Source: Candidatus Moraniibacteriota bacterium
GTDB taxonomy: Bacteria; Patescibacteriota; Minisyncoccia; Moranbacterales; DUUL01
DNA length: 64,000 nucleotides
Reading direction: 5' to 3'
Assembly (NCBI GenBank): GCA_027008775.1
Contig: JALVDV010000007.1
Location: forward strand, 5,797-69,796
The position numbers were made by a program, and so were the translations under genes. The notes under the pieces were generated by a model. It ran no database searches. It was not told the DNA's origin and saw only the letters and a program-made list of their open reading frames with translations. Shown here piece by piece: positions 52,462 to 63,567 of this stretch; the stretch's first letter is position 1, and every line of letters starts with the position of its first letter.

Positions 52462-52630
52462 TTTTTCGCTTTTCGGTGGTTTGACCAGTCTTGGTTGCGG
52501 TGTTTTTTGTTGGTGTTTTTTGGAGGCGTGGCAGGAGTGTTAAGGCGCCTTGGTCCATTAGTTTGATATCCTCTTTTTTAGATAATTTTCCGAAGAGCGC
52601 TTAGAGAACCAAGGTTTTCCGAAAGTTTTC

Positions 52631-52659
52631 TTGACAATTTTTGTTATTGGTAGTAAACT
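52631..52659 (+). promoter_or_regulatory. str operon promoter
   Basis: TTGACA-17 nt-TAAACT. Confidence 0.7.
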
Positions 52660-52722
52660 TTGCGAAGTAGTTTTTATCGTTTAGATGATTTTTGTTTTAT
52701 AAATTTTTTGAGTAACTAAAAT

Positions 52723-53139
52723 ATGCCGACAATTAATCAGTTAAGAAAAAGAGCGAGAAAGTCAGTTAAGAAAAAGCCGAAATCTCCGGCTTTGACTTTT
52801 TCTTTTAATTCTTTAAAAAACAAGCCTGTTTACAAGAGAACTTCTCCTTTTAAAAGAGGGGTTTGTGTGAAAGTGGCGACAACCACTCCCAAAAAGCCCA
52901 ATTCGGCTTTACGTAAAATTGCCAGAGTTAAGTTGACAAATGGGATGGAAGTGACAGCTTATATTCCCGGAATCGGACATAATTTGCAGGAGCACTCCAT
53001 AGTTTTGATTAGAGGTGGCAAGGTGCCGGATTTGCCGGGGGTCAGGTATCATGTGGTTAGAGGTGTTTTGGATACGGCCGGTGTAGCTGACAGAAAGAAA
53101 AGTCGTTCCAAATACGGAACCAAGAAGCCGAAAGAATAA
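52723..53139 (+). CDS. rpsL: 30S ribosomal protein S12
   Basis: [33 protein letters not shown]. Confidence 0.99.
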   Translation: MPTINQLRKRARKSVKKKPKSPALTFSFNSLKNKPVYKRTSPFKRGVCVKVATTTPKKPNSALRKIARVKLTNGMEVTAYIPGIGHNLQEHSIVLIRGGKVPDLPGVRYHVVRGVLDTAGVADRKKSRSKYGTKKPKE

Positions 53140-53205
53140 GATAAATTTAGAGATTTTATTTAGTGTTTAGATTTCAAATAAAAGAGAATAATATAAGGAA
53201 GTATT

Positions 53206-53673
53206 ATGTCTAGAAAAAATAGAGTTTACAGAAATTTTTGGAAAGCTGATCCCAAATACAACTCAATTTTGGTGGGTCGTTTTGTTGGTCATTTAATGAA
53301 AAGAGGAAAAAGAAGTGTGGCGGAAGAAATTGTTTATGAAGCTTTTGATATTATTCACCAAAGGGTGAAAAAGGGAGGTTTGAATGTTTTTGAACAGGCG
53401 ATCAAGAATGTTTCTCCTTTGATGGAGTTGAAGGGGCGACGAATTGGAGGCGCCAATTATCAGGTACCGGTACCGGTGTCTGGAGATCGTCGGATTACTT
53501 TGGCAATGCGTTGGATTTTGGAAGCAGCGCGGGCGCGGAAGGGTAAAAAAATGTCGGAGAAGTTAGCCGATGAACTTTTAGATGCAATGAATAAGACCGG
53601 AGCGGCTATTAAGAAAAGAGAAGATACTCATCGGATGGCAGAGGCTAACAAGGCTTTTGCTCATTTTGCTTAG
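53206..53673 (+). CDS. rpsG: 30S ribosomal protein S7
   Basis: RRIGGANYQVP, HRMAEANKAFAHF. Confidence 0.99.
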   Translation: MSRKNRVYRNFWKADPKYNSILVGRFVGHLMKRGKRSVAEEIVYEAFDIIHQRVKKGGLNVFEQAIKNVSPLMELKGRRIGGANYQVPVPVSGDRRITLAMRWILEAARARKGKKMSEKLADELLDAMNKTGAAIKKREDTHRMAEANKAFAHFA

Positions 53674-53880
53674 GATTTTAAAATCAAAAGTTGGCTTGCG
53701 GATATTAGTTTCGTAGGATTGGTTGTTTTTGTCTTTTTGGGTGGTATTTTTGGGAGGAGCGCAAAGGGGAATGATTTAGTTTTTGTAAATATTTGGAGTT
53801 ATTTTGGGGAAACAATCCGGAAGCATTATTAAGGAATATTTAAAAATTTGTTTGTCTAAATTTATTTTAAAATTAAAATT

Positions 53881-55998
53881 ATGCCTAGAGAATATCCTAT
53901 AGAAAAATATAGAAATATTGGAATTATCGCTCATGTTGATGCCGGTAAAACGACTACAACGGAGCGGATTTTGTTTTACACCGGAATCTCGCATAAAATT
54001 GGAGAAGTGCACGAAGGTGAGGCCACGATGGACTGGATGGAACAAGAGCAAGAACGGGGGATTACTATTACTTCGGCAGCCACGACTTGTTTCTGGTTAA
54101 ATCATCAAATTAATATTATTGATACTCCCGGGCACGTTGATTTTACCGTAGAAGTTGAACGTTCTTTGCGAGTGCTTGATGGCGGTGTGGTTGTTTTTGA
54201 TGGTAAGGAAGGAGTGGAGCCACAATCAGAGACGGTTTGGCGACAAGCCGACAAATACAATGTGCCACGTATTTGTTTTATCAACAAAATAGACAAAGAA
54301 GGGGCCAGTTTTGAATTTTCTCTTTCTTCAATTAACGACCGTCTTTCTCCCAATGCGGTTGCTATTCAATACCCAATCGGGCAAGGCAGTGATTACAAAA
54401 GTCAAGAGAGTGACCCGGAGAGTGTGGGGATTATTGATTTGGTTAAAATGAAAGCTGTTTATTTTAAAGGAGATAACGGTAGGGATGTTGAAGAGAAGGA
54501 GATTCCCGAAGAGATGAAGGCAGTGGCGGAAGAGTGGCGAGAAAAGATGCTGGAGAAAATTGCAGAGCTGGATGATAACTTGATGGAAAAATATTTGGGT
54601 GGAGAAGAGATTTCTGAGGAGGAGATACACAAGGTGATTAGAAAAGGAACTATAGATGGGGATATTTATCCTGTAATGGTTGGTTCCGCTTTTAAAAATG
54701 TTGGTGTGCAAAAAGTTTTGGATGCAGTGGTGGAGTATTTGCCTTCTCCGATAGATATCCCGCCGGTGGAAGGAACTTTGGTTTCTGATCCGAGTAAAAA
54801 AGTTGTGCGAGAAGCCAGAGACGACGAAAAGTTAACGGCCTTGGCTTTTAAAGTGGCAACTGATCCCTTTGTCGGTCAATTGACTTTTTTCCGGATTTAT
54901 TCCGGCACGATGAAGGCCGGCTCCTATGTTTACAACGCTTCCAAAGGTAAAAAAGAAAGAATTGGACGAATTTTGCGAATGATGTCTAATGACAGAGAGG
55001 AAATGGAGGAGATGTATGCCGGTGATCTGGGAGCTTTAGTGGGGATGAAATATACAAAAACGGGAGACACTCTTTGTACCGAGGATGAACCGATACTTCT
55101 GGAAAATATTGAATTTCCGGAACCGGTTATCTCGGTGGCTATTGAACCGAAGACAAAGGCTGATCAAGAAAAAATGGCTATAGCTTTAAGCAAACTCTCG
55201 GAGGAGGATCCCACTTTTCAGGTTAGAACGGATGAAGAGACGGGGCAAAATATTATTTCGGGAATGGGAGAGTTGCATTTGGATATTATCATAGATCGGA
55301 TGAAGAGAGAGTTTAAAGTGGAAGCCAATATCGGAAAACCGCAGGTGGCTTATCGGGAAACAATTAAGAAGGAGGCGGAAGCGGAAGGTAAATTTATTAA
55401 ACAATCCGGTGGTCGCGGACAATACGGTCATTGTTGGTTGCGAGTAAAGCCGGCAGAAGAAGGAAAAGGATTTGTATTTCATAATGAAATTAAAGGAGGT
55501 GTTATCCCACAGGAATATATTCCTTCGGTGGAAAAGGGAGTGAAAGAAGCTTTGAATACCGGAGTGTTGGCCGGGTATCCGGTGGCGGATGTGGATGTTA
55601 CTTTGTATGATGGTTCTTATCATGAAGTTGACTCTTCGGAAGCGGCTTTCAAAGTGGCCGGATCAATAGCTCTTAAAGAGGCCTTAAAGAAGGCCAATCC
55701 GGTTATCTTGGAACCGATTATGAAAGTAGAGGTGACAACACCGGAAGAATTTATGGGTGATATTGTTGGGGATATCAATGCCAAAAGAGGACAGGTGGAA
55801 GAGATGATTGACAAAGGTGAAGGTAAATCTGCCTTGAAAATTATTAAAGCCAAAGTGCCTCTATCTTCCTTGTTTGGTTACGCTACCCAGTTGCGGTCAA
55901 TGAGTCAGGGACGAGCCAGTTATGCTATGGAATTTGATCATTATGCTGAAGTTCCAAATAATATTGCCGAGGAGATCAAGGCCGGAAAAGTGAAATAG
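53881..55998 (+). CDS. fusA: Elongation factor G
   Basis: [40 protein letters not shown]. Confidence 0.99.
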   Translation: MPREYPIEKYRNIGIIAHVDAGKTTTTERILFYTGISHKIGEVHEGEATMDWMEQEQERGITITSAATTCFWLNHQINIIDTPGHVDFTVEVERSLRVLDGGVVVFDGKEGVEPQSETVWRQADKYNVPRICFINKIDKEGASFEFSLSSINDRLSPNAVAIQYPIGQGSDYKSQESDPESVGIIDLVKMKAVYFKGDNGRDVEEKEIPEEMKAVAEEWREKMLEKIAELDDNLMEKYLGGEEISEEEIHKVIRKGTIDGDIYPVMVGSAFKNVGVQKVLDAVVEYLPSPIDIPPVEGTLVSDPSKKVVREARDDEKLTALAFKVATDPFVGQLTFFRIYSGTMKAGSYVYNASKGKKERIGRILRMMSNDREEMEEMYAGDLGALVGMKYTKTGDTLCTEDEPILLENIEFPEPVISVAIEPKTKADQEKMAIALSKLSEEDPTFQVRTDEETGQNIISGMGELHLDIIIDRMKREFKVEANIGKPQVAYRETIKKEAEAEGKFIKQSGGRGQYGHCWLRVKPAEEGKGFVFHNEIKGGVIPQEYIPSVEKGVKEALNTGVLAGYPVADVDVTLYDGSYHEVDSSEAAFKVAGSIALKEALKKANPVILEPIMKVEVTTPEEFMGDIVGDINAKRGQVEEMIDKGEGKSALKIIKAKVPLSSLFGYATQLRSMSQGRASYAMEFDHYAEVPNNIAEEIKAGKVK

Positions 55999-56051
55999 CT
56001 GATCGTTGAATTAAAGGTAAGAAGAGAGTTTTGGAAAAATTCTGAAAGTAG

Positions 56052-56079
56052 TTGACAATATTTTTTTCTTCCCTATAAT
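56052..56079 (+). promoter_or_regulatory. Consensus internal promoter for tuf
   Basis: TTGACA-16 nt-TATAAT. Confidence 0.75.
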
Positions 56080-56190
56080 TAAGGAAGTCACCGAAACTAT
56101 TTCGGTTGGTTTAATAAGTTGTAAAAATTTAATCAGTAAGAAGCATATTCACAGGCAAGTTTTGTCTGGGAGTGTGCGCAGAAAAAACAA

Positions 56191-57381
56191 ATGGCAGAAA
56201 CATTTGACAGAAGTAAACCCCATGTAAACGTGGGAACAATCGGTCACGTTGACCACGGAAAAACGACCTTGACAGCCGCTATTCTTCATGTTTTGGGAAT
56301 GAAGGGTCAGGCTCAAGTTAAAGGAGTTGATGAAATAGATAAGGCTCCGGAAGAAAAAGAGCGTGGAATAACCATTGCAACCGCTCACTGTGAGTATGAA
56401 TCAGATAAGCGTCATTACGCTCACGTTGACTGTCCCGGACACGCCGACTATATTAAAAACATGATCACCGGGGCGGCGCAAATGGACGGAGCTATTTTGG
56501 TTGTCTCCGCTACCGATGGTCCAATGCCTCAAACCAGAGAGCATATTTTGTTGGCCAAGCAAGTTGGAGTGCCGGAGATTGTTGTTTTCATTAACAAGGT
56601 TGATCAAGTTGATGACCCCGAGTTGGTTGATTTGGTTGAGGAAGAAGTGCGAGAGTTGTTAAGTAAATATGATTTTGATGGAGAGAATGCCGCTGTTATC
56701 AGAGGTTCGGCTTTGAAAGCTTTGGAGACTAAGAGCGTTGATGATCCGGATGCTAAACCTATTTTGGATTTAATAAATGCTTTGGACGAAAAGATTCCAA
56801 CTCCGGAAAGAGATGTTGATAAACCTTTCTTGATGCCGATTGAGGATATCTTCTCCATTGAAGGACGAGGAACGGTAGTTACCGGAAGGATTGAGAGAGG
56901 GAAAGTCAATCTTAATGATGAGGTGGAAATTGTTGGTTTGAGAGATACACAGAAGACAGTTGTAACCGGAATAGAAATGTTCAACAAACAGTTGGATCAC
57001 GGTGAGGCCGGTGATAATGCGGGAATTTTGTTGCGAGGTCTAAAGAAAGAGGATGTGGAAAGGGGTCAAGTTTTAGCTGAACCCGGCTCAATTACTCCTC
57101 ACACCGAATTTGATTCTGAGGTTTATGTCTTAACCAAAGAAGAAGGCGGACGTCATACTCCATTCTTCAAGGGTTACAAACCACAGTTTTATATCAGAAC
57201 AACAGATGTTACTGGTGATGTAACTTTGCCAGAGGGGACCGAGATGGTGATGCCCGGAGATACGGTTAACTTGAAAGTTAAGCTGGTTGCGCCGGTAGCA
57301 ATGGAGGAAGGAATGCGTTTTGCTATTCGTGAGGGTGGTAAAACAGTTGGCGCTGGAGTGGTAACCAAGATCATCAAGTAG
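56191..57381 (+). CDS. tuf: Elongation factor Tu
   Basis: [35 protein letters not shown]. Confidence 0.99.
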   Translation: MAETFDRSKPHVNVGTIGHVDHGKTTLTAAILHVLGMKGQAQVKGVDEIDKAPEEKERGITIATAHCEYESDKRHYAHVDCPGHADYIKNMITGAAQMDGAILVVSATDGPMPQTREHILLAKQVGVPEIVVFINKVDQVDDPELVDLVEEEVRELLSKYDFDGENAAVIRGSALKALETKSVDDPDAKPILDLINALDEKIPTPERDVDKPFLMPIEDIFSIEGRGTVVTGRIERGKVNLNDEVEIVGLRDTQKTVVTGIEMFNKQLDHGEAGDNAGILLRGLKKEDVERGQVLAEPGSITPHTEFDSEVYVLTKEEGGRHTPFFKGYKPQFYIRTTDVTGDVTLPEGTEMVMPGDTVNLKVKLVAPVAMEEGMRFAIREGGKTVGAGVVTKIIK

Positions 57382-57406
57382 CTTTCTCACTTTTTACCCT
57401 AGCAAG

Positions 57407-57442
57407 AACAGGTCCTTAATTTCGGGACCTGTTTTTGTTTTC
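57407..57442 (+). terminator. Intrinsic terminator after tuf
   Basis: aacaggtcc-ttaatttcg-ggacctgtt followed by a T-run. Confidence 0.8.
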
Positions 57443-57524
57443 TGTTTATAAACTGTTGATAATTTTTTCTGAAATTTTGAAAAATCCCTATAATAAGGGA
57501 TTTTTTTATGGTGTAGAGAGAGAT

Positions 57525-57578
57525 TTGACTGGTGTTGTGAGGTGGGGTATAATGTAACTGTAGTGGTGAAATGTGGGG
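57525..57578 (+). promoter_or_regulatory. dcw promoter with MraZ-type GTGG repeats
   Basis: TTGACT-17 nt-TATAAT; GTGG at 57542, 57563 and 57573 (about 10-bp phasing, typical of MraZ sites). Confidence 0.7.
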
Positions 57579-57711
57579 AACATTTAGATTTTAATTTGTA
57601 GGTTTTAAATTTTAGGCGGGAGAATTTCTGGATGTGATGCTGGCTAAGGTGAAAAAATTTGGATTAAGTACCGATGACTAAGGCTTAAAATTTAAAATCG
57701 TGTGCAGAGCC

Positions 57712-58146
57712 GTGTTTATTGGAGAATATCAGCATATTTTAGACGAGAAGAAAAGATTGGCTGTTCCGGCTAAATTTCGTAAAAGTTTTCGGCCGGGCAT
57801 CGTGTTGACAAGGGGTTTGGACGGTTGTTTGTTTGTCTACACTATCAAAGAATGGGAAAAAATTGCGGAAAAACTGGGTTCCTTGCCACTGGGAGAAAGA
57901 GATACGAGAAGTTTCATCAGGATGGTTTTGGCTGGAGCGACCGATGGAAAATTGGATTCTCAGGGTAGAGTTTTAATTCCCGGCTATTTGAAAAAATATG
58001 CCAATCTGAAAAAGGAAGTAGTGATAGCCGGATTATTTAACAGGTTGGAGATCTGGGATAAGGAGTTGTGGGAGAGTTATAAAAAGAATGCTGAAAGAAA
58101 TCAAGATGAAATAGCGGAGCAATTGGGACGGCTGGGAATGTATTAG
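57712..58146 (+). CDS. mraZ: Division/cell wall cluster regulator MraZ
   Basis: FIGEYQHILDEKKRLAVPAKFR, LDSQGRVLIP, RLEIWD; GTG start at 57712. Confidence 0.95.
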   Translation: MFIGEYQHILDEKKRLAVPAKFRKSFRPGIVLTRGLDGCLFVYTIKEWEKIAEKLGSLPLGERDTRSFIRMVLAGATDGKLDSQGRVLIPGYLKKYANLKKEVVIAGLFNRLEIWDKELWESYKKNAERNQDEIAEQLGRLGMY

Positions 58147-58198
58147 TTTAAAGTTGTTTGGAGGGACAAAGAATTTTTGAGGAGTAATTTTTCAAAGA

Positions 58199-59176
58199 AT
58201 GGCTGATTCAGAAAAAGAGTTTCATAGAACAGTTTTGTTAAAAGAGACCATTGAAGCGCTGAACATTAAAAAAGGAGATGTAATCATTGATGCCACCTTG
58301 GGGGCAGGGGGACATGCCTTGGAGATTTTGCGACTGATTGGCGAAAGAGGGAAATTGATTGCCTTTGATGTTGACAAAAAAGCGGTGGATGATTTTAAAA
58401 AAAGAATTACCGAGAATTTTCCCGAGCTAAGGAATAGATTAATTCCGGTGGTCGATAATTTTAAGAATATAAAGAAAGTAGTGAAGAGATTGCAGGCAGA
58501 AGGCAGGATTAAAAGGGATAAGGTTAACGGTGTTCTGGCTGATCTGGGTTGGCGAATAGAACAGGTTGCAGATGAGCGTTACGGTATGAGTTTTAGAAAG
58601 GAGATGCCTTTAAAGATGAATTTCAGTGGGGATGATAAGGTTCTGACGGCGGAAAAAGTTGTCAATGAATGGTCGGAGGAAGAATTGAGAAATATTTTTC
58701 AGTCATTGGGAGAGGAAAGAGAAGCTGGTCGGATAGCTAAAAAGATTGTTGAGAGTCGGCAAAAGGAGCGAATTGTGACGACGACGCAATTGGCGGATTT
58801 GATTACGGATGCCAAAAAAAATAGGAATGGTCGTATTCACCCGGCTACCAAGGTTTTTCAAGCGCTGAGAATAGTGGTGAATGCGGAGTTGTCAAATCTG
58901 GAGTTATTTTTAGAAGGAGCTACCGATGTTTTGGAAAGTGAGGGGAGATTGGTTGTAATCTCTTTTCACTCTCTGGAGGATCGGACGGTTAAAAAGTTCT
59001 TTCGGGCAAAGGCGAGGGGATGTGTTTGTCCGGAAGAACTTCCCGTCTGTGTTTGCGGACAGTCTAATCAATTTATCATTCTGCAAAAAAAAGGAGTGAG
59101 GCCGAGCTTAGCTGAATTGAAGGAGAATCCCAGAGCGCGAAGCGCGGTTTTGCGAATATTAAAAAAAAGAAAATAA
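58199..59176 (+). CDS. rsmH: 16S rRNA m4C1402 methyltransferase
   Basis: HRTVLL, DATLGAGGH, HPATKVFQALRI, SFHSLEDR, NPRARSA. Confidence 0.96.
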   Translation: MADSEKEFHRTVLLKETIEALNIKKGDVIIDATLGAGGHALEILRLIGERGKLIAFDVDKKAVDDFKKRITENFPELRNRLIPVVDNFKNIKKVVKRLQAEGRIKRDKVNGVLADLGWRIEQVADERYGMSFRKEMPLKMNFSGDDKVLTAEKVVNEWSEEELRNIFQSLGEEREAGRIAKKIVESRQKERIVTTTQLADLITDAKKNRNGRIHPATKVFQALRIVVNAELSNLELFLEGATDVLESEGRLVVISFHSLEDRTVKKFFRAKARGCVCPEELPVCVCGQSNQFIILQKKGVRPSLAELKENPRARSAVLRILKKRK

Positions 59177-59218
59177 AAATAAAATTTAAAATGTCAGAGG
59201 GGGAGACTTTGACATCTT

Positions 59219-59596
59219 ATGGTTGTTTACCTAGGGGTCGCTGAAAAAGTTGCGGCGACCAATTTGATTTCTCGCGATAAAGTTAAAACTAAAAAAAGAG
59301 TAGTCGATGGCAAGGAGCGATTTCCGCTTCCCGGCTGGCGTTTTTGTTTACTATTGTTGGTAACTTTGGTGTTGTTTTACGGGTATTTGGCCAACAGAGT
59401 GATTGTACTTGGTCATACGGTGGAGCAATTGGAGAAAAAAAATAAGACTTTAAGAGCGACTAATACTGAAATGAAAGTGAATGTTTCTTGGTTATATTCG
59501 GTGGGCAACCTGGAAGAAGAAGCGGAAAATTTTCAAATGGTTGTCCCACGAGAAATTTCTTATTTGAATGTTAACAGAGAAATAGCTTTGAAATAA
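59219..59596 (+). CDS. ftsL: FtsL-like cell division protein
   Basis: One TM plus coiled coil, between rsmH and ftsI. Confidence 0.65.
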   Translation: MVVYLGVAEKVAATNLISRDKVKTKKRVVDGKERFPLPGWRFCLLLLVTLVLFYGYLANRVIVLGHTVEQLEKKNKTLRATNTEMKVNVSWLYSVGNLEEEAENFQMVVPREISYLNVNREIALK

Positions 59597-59606
59597 GTGA
59601 TTTTTT

Positions 59607-61448
59607 ATGAAAAAAAAGAAAAGTCGTAATCTGGTTAGACGTTATGTTTCGGCCAACAGGATGTTGTTGCTTATTCTGTTGGTTGTTTTTTTAGTAGGCG
59701 GTATTCTTTTTCGTTTTTATTTTTTACAGGTTAGAGAACACGAAAAATACGTTGCTTTGGCGGAAGCTCAATATAAGATTAAGAGAAAGCTAGTTTCTCG
59801 GAGGGGAGAAATATTTTTTCAAGAAGGAACAAAGTTGGTGCCGGCGGCGGTGAATAAAAATATGCCAACTCTTTATATTAATCCAACAGAGATAAAAAAT
59901 CAGGAGAAAACGGTTAGTTTGTTGACAGATATTTTGGATTTAGATGAGCAATTTGTCCGACAAAAAGTTAATAAAATTGATGATCCTTACGAAGTGCTGA
60001 AGAAAAAGTTGTCTGAAGAAGAAGTAAAGAGGGTGAAACAAGTTTCTTTGCCGGGGGTGTATTTACAAAATAAAGAATGGCGTTATTATCCGGGTAAAAC
60101 TTTAGCTGCTCAGACTCTTGGTTTTCTTGGTTATAAGGAAAATGAATTAGTGGGGCGGTACGGGGTGGAGCAATATTTTGACACTATATTGCGAGGGCAA
60201 GCCGGTTTTTTGGAAGAAGACAAGGATGCCCGAGGGAATTGGATGGCTATTGGTAGTAAAATTTTTAATCCTTCTTATGATGGAGCCGATTTGATTCTGA
60301 CCGTTAATCCCACCATTCAGTTTAAAGTGGAGAAAGTTTTGGAGGCGGCGGTAAAAAAACATAAAGCGGACAGCGCCAAGGCTATCGTAGTGGAGCCAAG
60401 AACCGGTAGAATTCTGGCAATGGCCGCTTGGCCCACTTTTGATCCGAATGAATATTATCGGGCGGAAACAAAATTGTTCAAAAATCCAAATGTCAGTGAT
60501 GCTTATGAACCGGGTTCGGTTTTTAAAATCCTGACGATGGTGGCCGGTTTAGATGCCGGACGAGTAACTCCTGAAACGGTTTATACTGACACGGGAGTGG
60601 TTGAGGTGGGTGGATTTACCATTAAAAATTCCGATGGTAAAGCTCACGGACAACAAACAATGACGCAAGTGATTGAAAAGTCTTTGAATACGGGAGCCAT
60701 TTTTGTGGAGAAGCGTTTAGGTAACAAACTGTTTGCCGATTATATCAAGGCTTTTGGCTTTGGTAAAAAAACTGGTATTGAATTACCGGCGGAAGTTTCC
60801 GGAAATATCAGTCACTTACACTCTAAGGGTGATACCGAGTATTATACTGCTTCTTATGGGCAGGGGGTAACAGTGACACCTTTGCAACTGGCTATGGCCT
60901 ATTCCACTTTAGCTAATGGTGGAGTTTTAATGAAACCGATTATAGTTGACAGAATAGAAAAAAATGGTCAATTGCTGAAAGAGCGAAAACCTCAACTGGT
61001 AAGACAAGTTGTTTCAGCGGAGAGCACCAAACAGGCAGCTTTGATGTTGGAAGCTAATGTTAAAAAAGGACATGGTAAATTGGCCGGTGTTCCTGGTTAT
61101 AAAATTGCCGGAAAAACCGGAACAGCTCAAATTCCTGATTTGCAAAATGGCGGTTACTTGGAGGGGGCAACGGAAGCAACTTTTGCCGGTTTTGCGCCAG
61201 TGGAAAATCCGGTTTTTGCCATGGTGGTAGTTATTGATCATCCGCGAGATGTTGAGTGGGCAGCGGCTACGGCGGCGCCGGCTTTTGGAGAAATCTCCCG
61301 TTTTCTTTTGAGTTATTTTTCTCAAAAACCAACGGAGGCTTATACTGAGAAAGACTGGGAGATTTTCCATAAAAAACACGATTATTTGTTGGACATAAAA
61401 AATCAAACTAAGGAGTATGAACAGAATGATGAAAATGACACCGACTGA
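59607..61448 (+). CDS. ftsI: Class B penicillin-binding protein (FtsI/PBP3-like)
   Basis: RGEI, RYYP, YEPGSVFK (SxxK), SLN (SxN), KTGTAQ. Confidence 0.92.
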   Translation: MKKKKSRNLVRRYVSANRMLLLILLVVFLVGGILFRFYFLQVREHEKYVALAEAQYKIKRKLVSRRGEIFFQEGTKLVPAAVNKNMPTLYINPTEIKNQEKTVSLLTDILDLDEQFVRQKVNKIDDPYEVLKKKLSEEEVKRVKQVSLPGVYLQNKEWRYYPGKTLAAQTLGFLGYKENELVGRYGVEQYFDTILRGQAGFLEEDKDARGNWMAIGSKIFNPSYDGADLILTVNPTIQFKVEKVLEAAVKKHKADSAKAIVVEPRTGRILAMAAWPTFDPNEYYRAETKLFKNPNVSDAYEPGSVFKILTMVAGLDAGRVTPETVYTDTGVVEVGGFTIKNSDGKAHGQQTMTQVIEKSLNTGAIFVEKRLGNKLFADYIKAFGFGKKTGIELPAEVSGNISHLHSKGDTEYYTASYGQGVTVTPLQLAMAYSTLANGGVLMKPIIVDRIEKNGQLLKERKPQLVRQVVSAESTKQAALMLEANVKKGHGKLAGVPGYKIAGKTGTAQIPDLQNGGYLEGATEATFAGFAPVENPVFAMVVVIDHPRDVEWAAATAAPAFGEISRFLLSYFSQKPTEAYTEKDWEIFHKKHDYLLDIKNQTKEYEQNDENDTD

Positions 61449-61569
61449 TTTGTCAGTTTCGTTTTGGTTAGGAATGTTTTCAGTCTGTTCAGATTTTTTG
61501 TTAATGAATTTTTTGTTAGTGAGCCAAGGAAGTTTTAGATAAAATTACTTACTCATGGAGATGTCAACT

Positions 61570-61653
61570 TATTATGATATTATTGATAATATCATAATAT
61601 ATTTGTTATCTGTGGTGGGGTGGTATTATGATATTATCAATAATATCATAATA
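61570..61653. repeat. Pair of 30-bp palindromes (locus 2)
   Basis: tattatgatattattgataatatcataata at 61570-61599 (centre flipped) and tattatgatattatcaataatatcataata at 61624-61653, with a 24-nt GT-rich spacer. Confidence 0.95.
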
Positions 61654-61915
61654 CCCGAAAAGTTTGTTGCTGGGGGGGGTAGTGACTGAAAAGATGAGGA
61701 TTATTTTTATTCCTGCCTTTTGATGACGGTAGTCGATCTATTGATATTAAAGTTCTTGTTTACTATCTATAACCATAGTTTGTTTCGGTAGCTAAGGCCA
61801 ATAAGCTGAGTGCGATTTCTTTTGTTTATGGTTGGTTTTGAATTTTTTCTATTGTTTGTTACCTGTGGGATTTTTTAAATACGTTGACTATTTGAAAAGT
61901 TGCTCTCTTGTGTTT

Positions 61916-62085
61916 GACCCATCAAGGATTCTCTTTCTAAATTTTTTGCCCATCAAACTTTCCGGGCATTATTTTCAGATTTATATTTGATTTCTTCTTT
62001 AAGCAACAAAGTGTCAAATATCAGGCAGAGAACAACATCCAGAAAGCTTGACTGAATATTGGAAAAGAAAAATCCTAAATGAGTT
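61916..62085 (-). ncRNA. ~170-nt structured element, copy C (6S-RNA-like fold)
   Basis: Minus strand aactcatttaggatttttcttttccaatattcagtcaagctttctggatgttgttctc...gaaaataatgcccggaaagtttga...gaaagagaatccttgatgggtc aligns to copies A and B. Confidence 0.55.
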
Positions 62086-62303
62086 TATTGGTAAAGTGTC
62101 GAGTAAATGATTAGTAGGAGGTGGTGCCGTTGAGGTTCAGACAATGTTGAGAGATGAGGTAGGGATTTCAGAGAGGTTTGGGGTTGTTTGTATTGCGATT
62201 ATTTTGTACACTTTGTTTATCAGAAGAAATTGTTATACCAGAATGATTAGCCCACAGTTTTGTTTTGAATATTTTTGGAGGGGATAAGTTTTAGTTTAAT
62301 TGT

Positions 62304-63548
62304 ATGCTGAGAAAGGAAATTGTTTTACAAAAAATTTTGAGAATTTTAGCCGGTGCTGTTTTGAAAAAATACCAGTCAAGGGTGGTGGCGGTTACCGGCA
62401 GTGTGGGTAAAACAACCGCCAAGGAAATGATTTTTAGAGTCTTATCCGGCGATAAACTGAAAGTTTGGAAAAGTCAAAAGAACTACAATAATGAGTTGGG
62501 AATTCCCTTGGCGATTTTGGGGATTTCCGGGGAGAAAAAAAATTGGTGGGGCTGGTTGTCTGTTTTGTTGCGAGCCGGACAATTGATAATTTTTCCCAAT
62601 AATTATGCTGATGTTTTAGTTTTGGAATTGGCGGCTGATTCCAGGGGAGATATTAAATATTTTTGCAGCTTCATTCCAATTGAAGTGGGGGTTGTTACCA
62701 ATGTTGGAATTTCTCACTTGAAAAAGTTTGGCAGTCAGAAAGCTATTTTTGAAGAAAAGACTTATTTACTGAAGAGAGCAAAGGAGGTAGCGATTTACAA
62801 TAGAGATTCTTTGGAAGTAGAAAGCTTAAAATTAAAGCAAAAAACTTATTCTTATGCTTGTGAAAAAAAGGCTGATTTTAAAGCGGATGATATTGACTAT
62901 TTTTACAAAAAAGATAAGCGTTTGCCTCAGGGTCTTGTTTTTACAGTAAAGCATCAAGAGAAATCAATGGTGATTAAATTAGAGGGTTTGTTTGGCAGGG
63001 GTTATATTTACGGGGTGTTGGCTGCCTTGGCGGTGGCCCAATATTTTGCCATTGATTTAAATAAAGCCAAGAAGCGTCTGGAAAAAACAAAACCGCTTTC
63101 AGCACATTTGGAAGTAATTCAAGGAAGAAGGGGGGCTATTATTATAAATGACGTTTACAATAGCGCGCCTGACAGTTTGCGAGAAGCATTGCGGTTGGTG
63201 AAAGATTTACCGGCGGAGAGAAGGTGGCTGGTTTTGGGGGACATGTTGGAATTGGGCGAATTTGAAGATAGCGCTCATCGGGAAGTTGGCGAGCTTTTAT
63301 CTTCGGGAGAGAAGAATTTTGTTCTGGTAACGGTGGGAGAGAGAATGAAATTGGCGGGTGAGGAGTACCAAAAACGAACCGGTAATAAATTTTTTGCTTT
63401 TGCTAAGGCGGCTGAGGCCGGTCGGTGGCTAAGAAAAAAAATCAGGAAGGGAGATGTTGTGTTGGCAAAAGGCTCCCGAGGAATGAAAATGGAAGAGGCG
63501 GTGAAGGAATTGGTGACGGGGAAGAAAGCAAAAATAAAGAATTCTTAA
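62304..63548 (+). CDS. murF: UDP-MurNAc-tripeptide--D-Ala-D-Ala ligase
   Basis: VTGSVGKTTAK, NYNNELGIP, SHL, DVYNSAP, LGDMLELG, KGSRGMKME. Confidence 0.93.
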   Translation: MLRKEIVLQKILRILAGAVLKKYQSRVVAVTGSVGKTTAKEMIFRVLSGDKLKVWKSQKNYNNELGIPLAILGISGEKKNWWGWLSVLLRAGQLIIFPNNYADVLVLELAADSRGDIKYFCSFIPIEVGVVTNVGISHLKKFGSQKAIFEEKTYLLKRAKEVAIYNRDSLEVESLKLKQKTYSYACEKKADFKADDIDYFYKKDKRLPQGLVFTVKHQEKSMVIKLEGLFGRGYIYGVLAALAVAQYFAIDLNKAKKRLEKTKPLSAHLEVIQGRRGAIIINDVYNSAPDSLREALRLVKDLPAERRWLVLGDMLELGEFEDSAHREVGELLSSGEKNFVLVTVGERMKLAGEEYQKRTGNKFFAFAKAAEAGRWLRKKIRKGDVVLAKGSRGMKMEEAVKELVTGKKAKIKNS

Positions 63549-63567
63549 GTTGCTTTGTTATAGATGT

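Noticed and set aside
61700-62085. IS5-like transposase remnant on the minus strand
   Set aside because: The faint peptide resemblance is better explained by copy C of the 170-nt element; the rest is too weak to call
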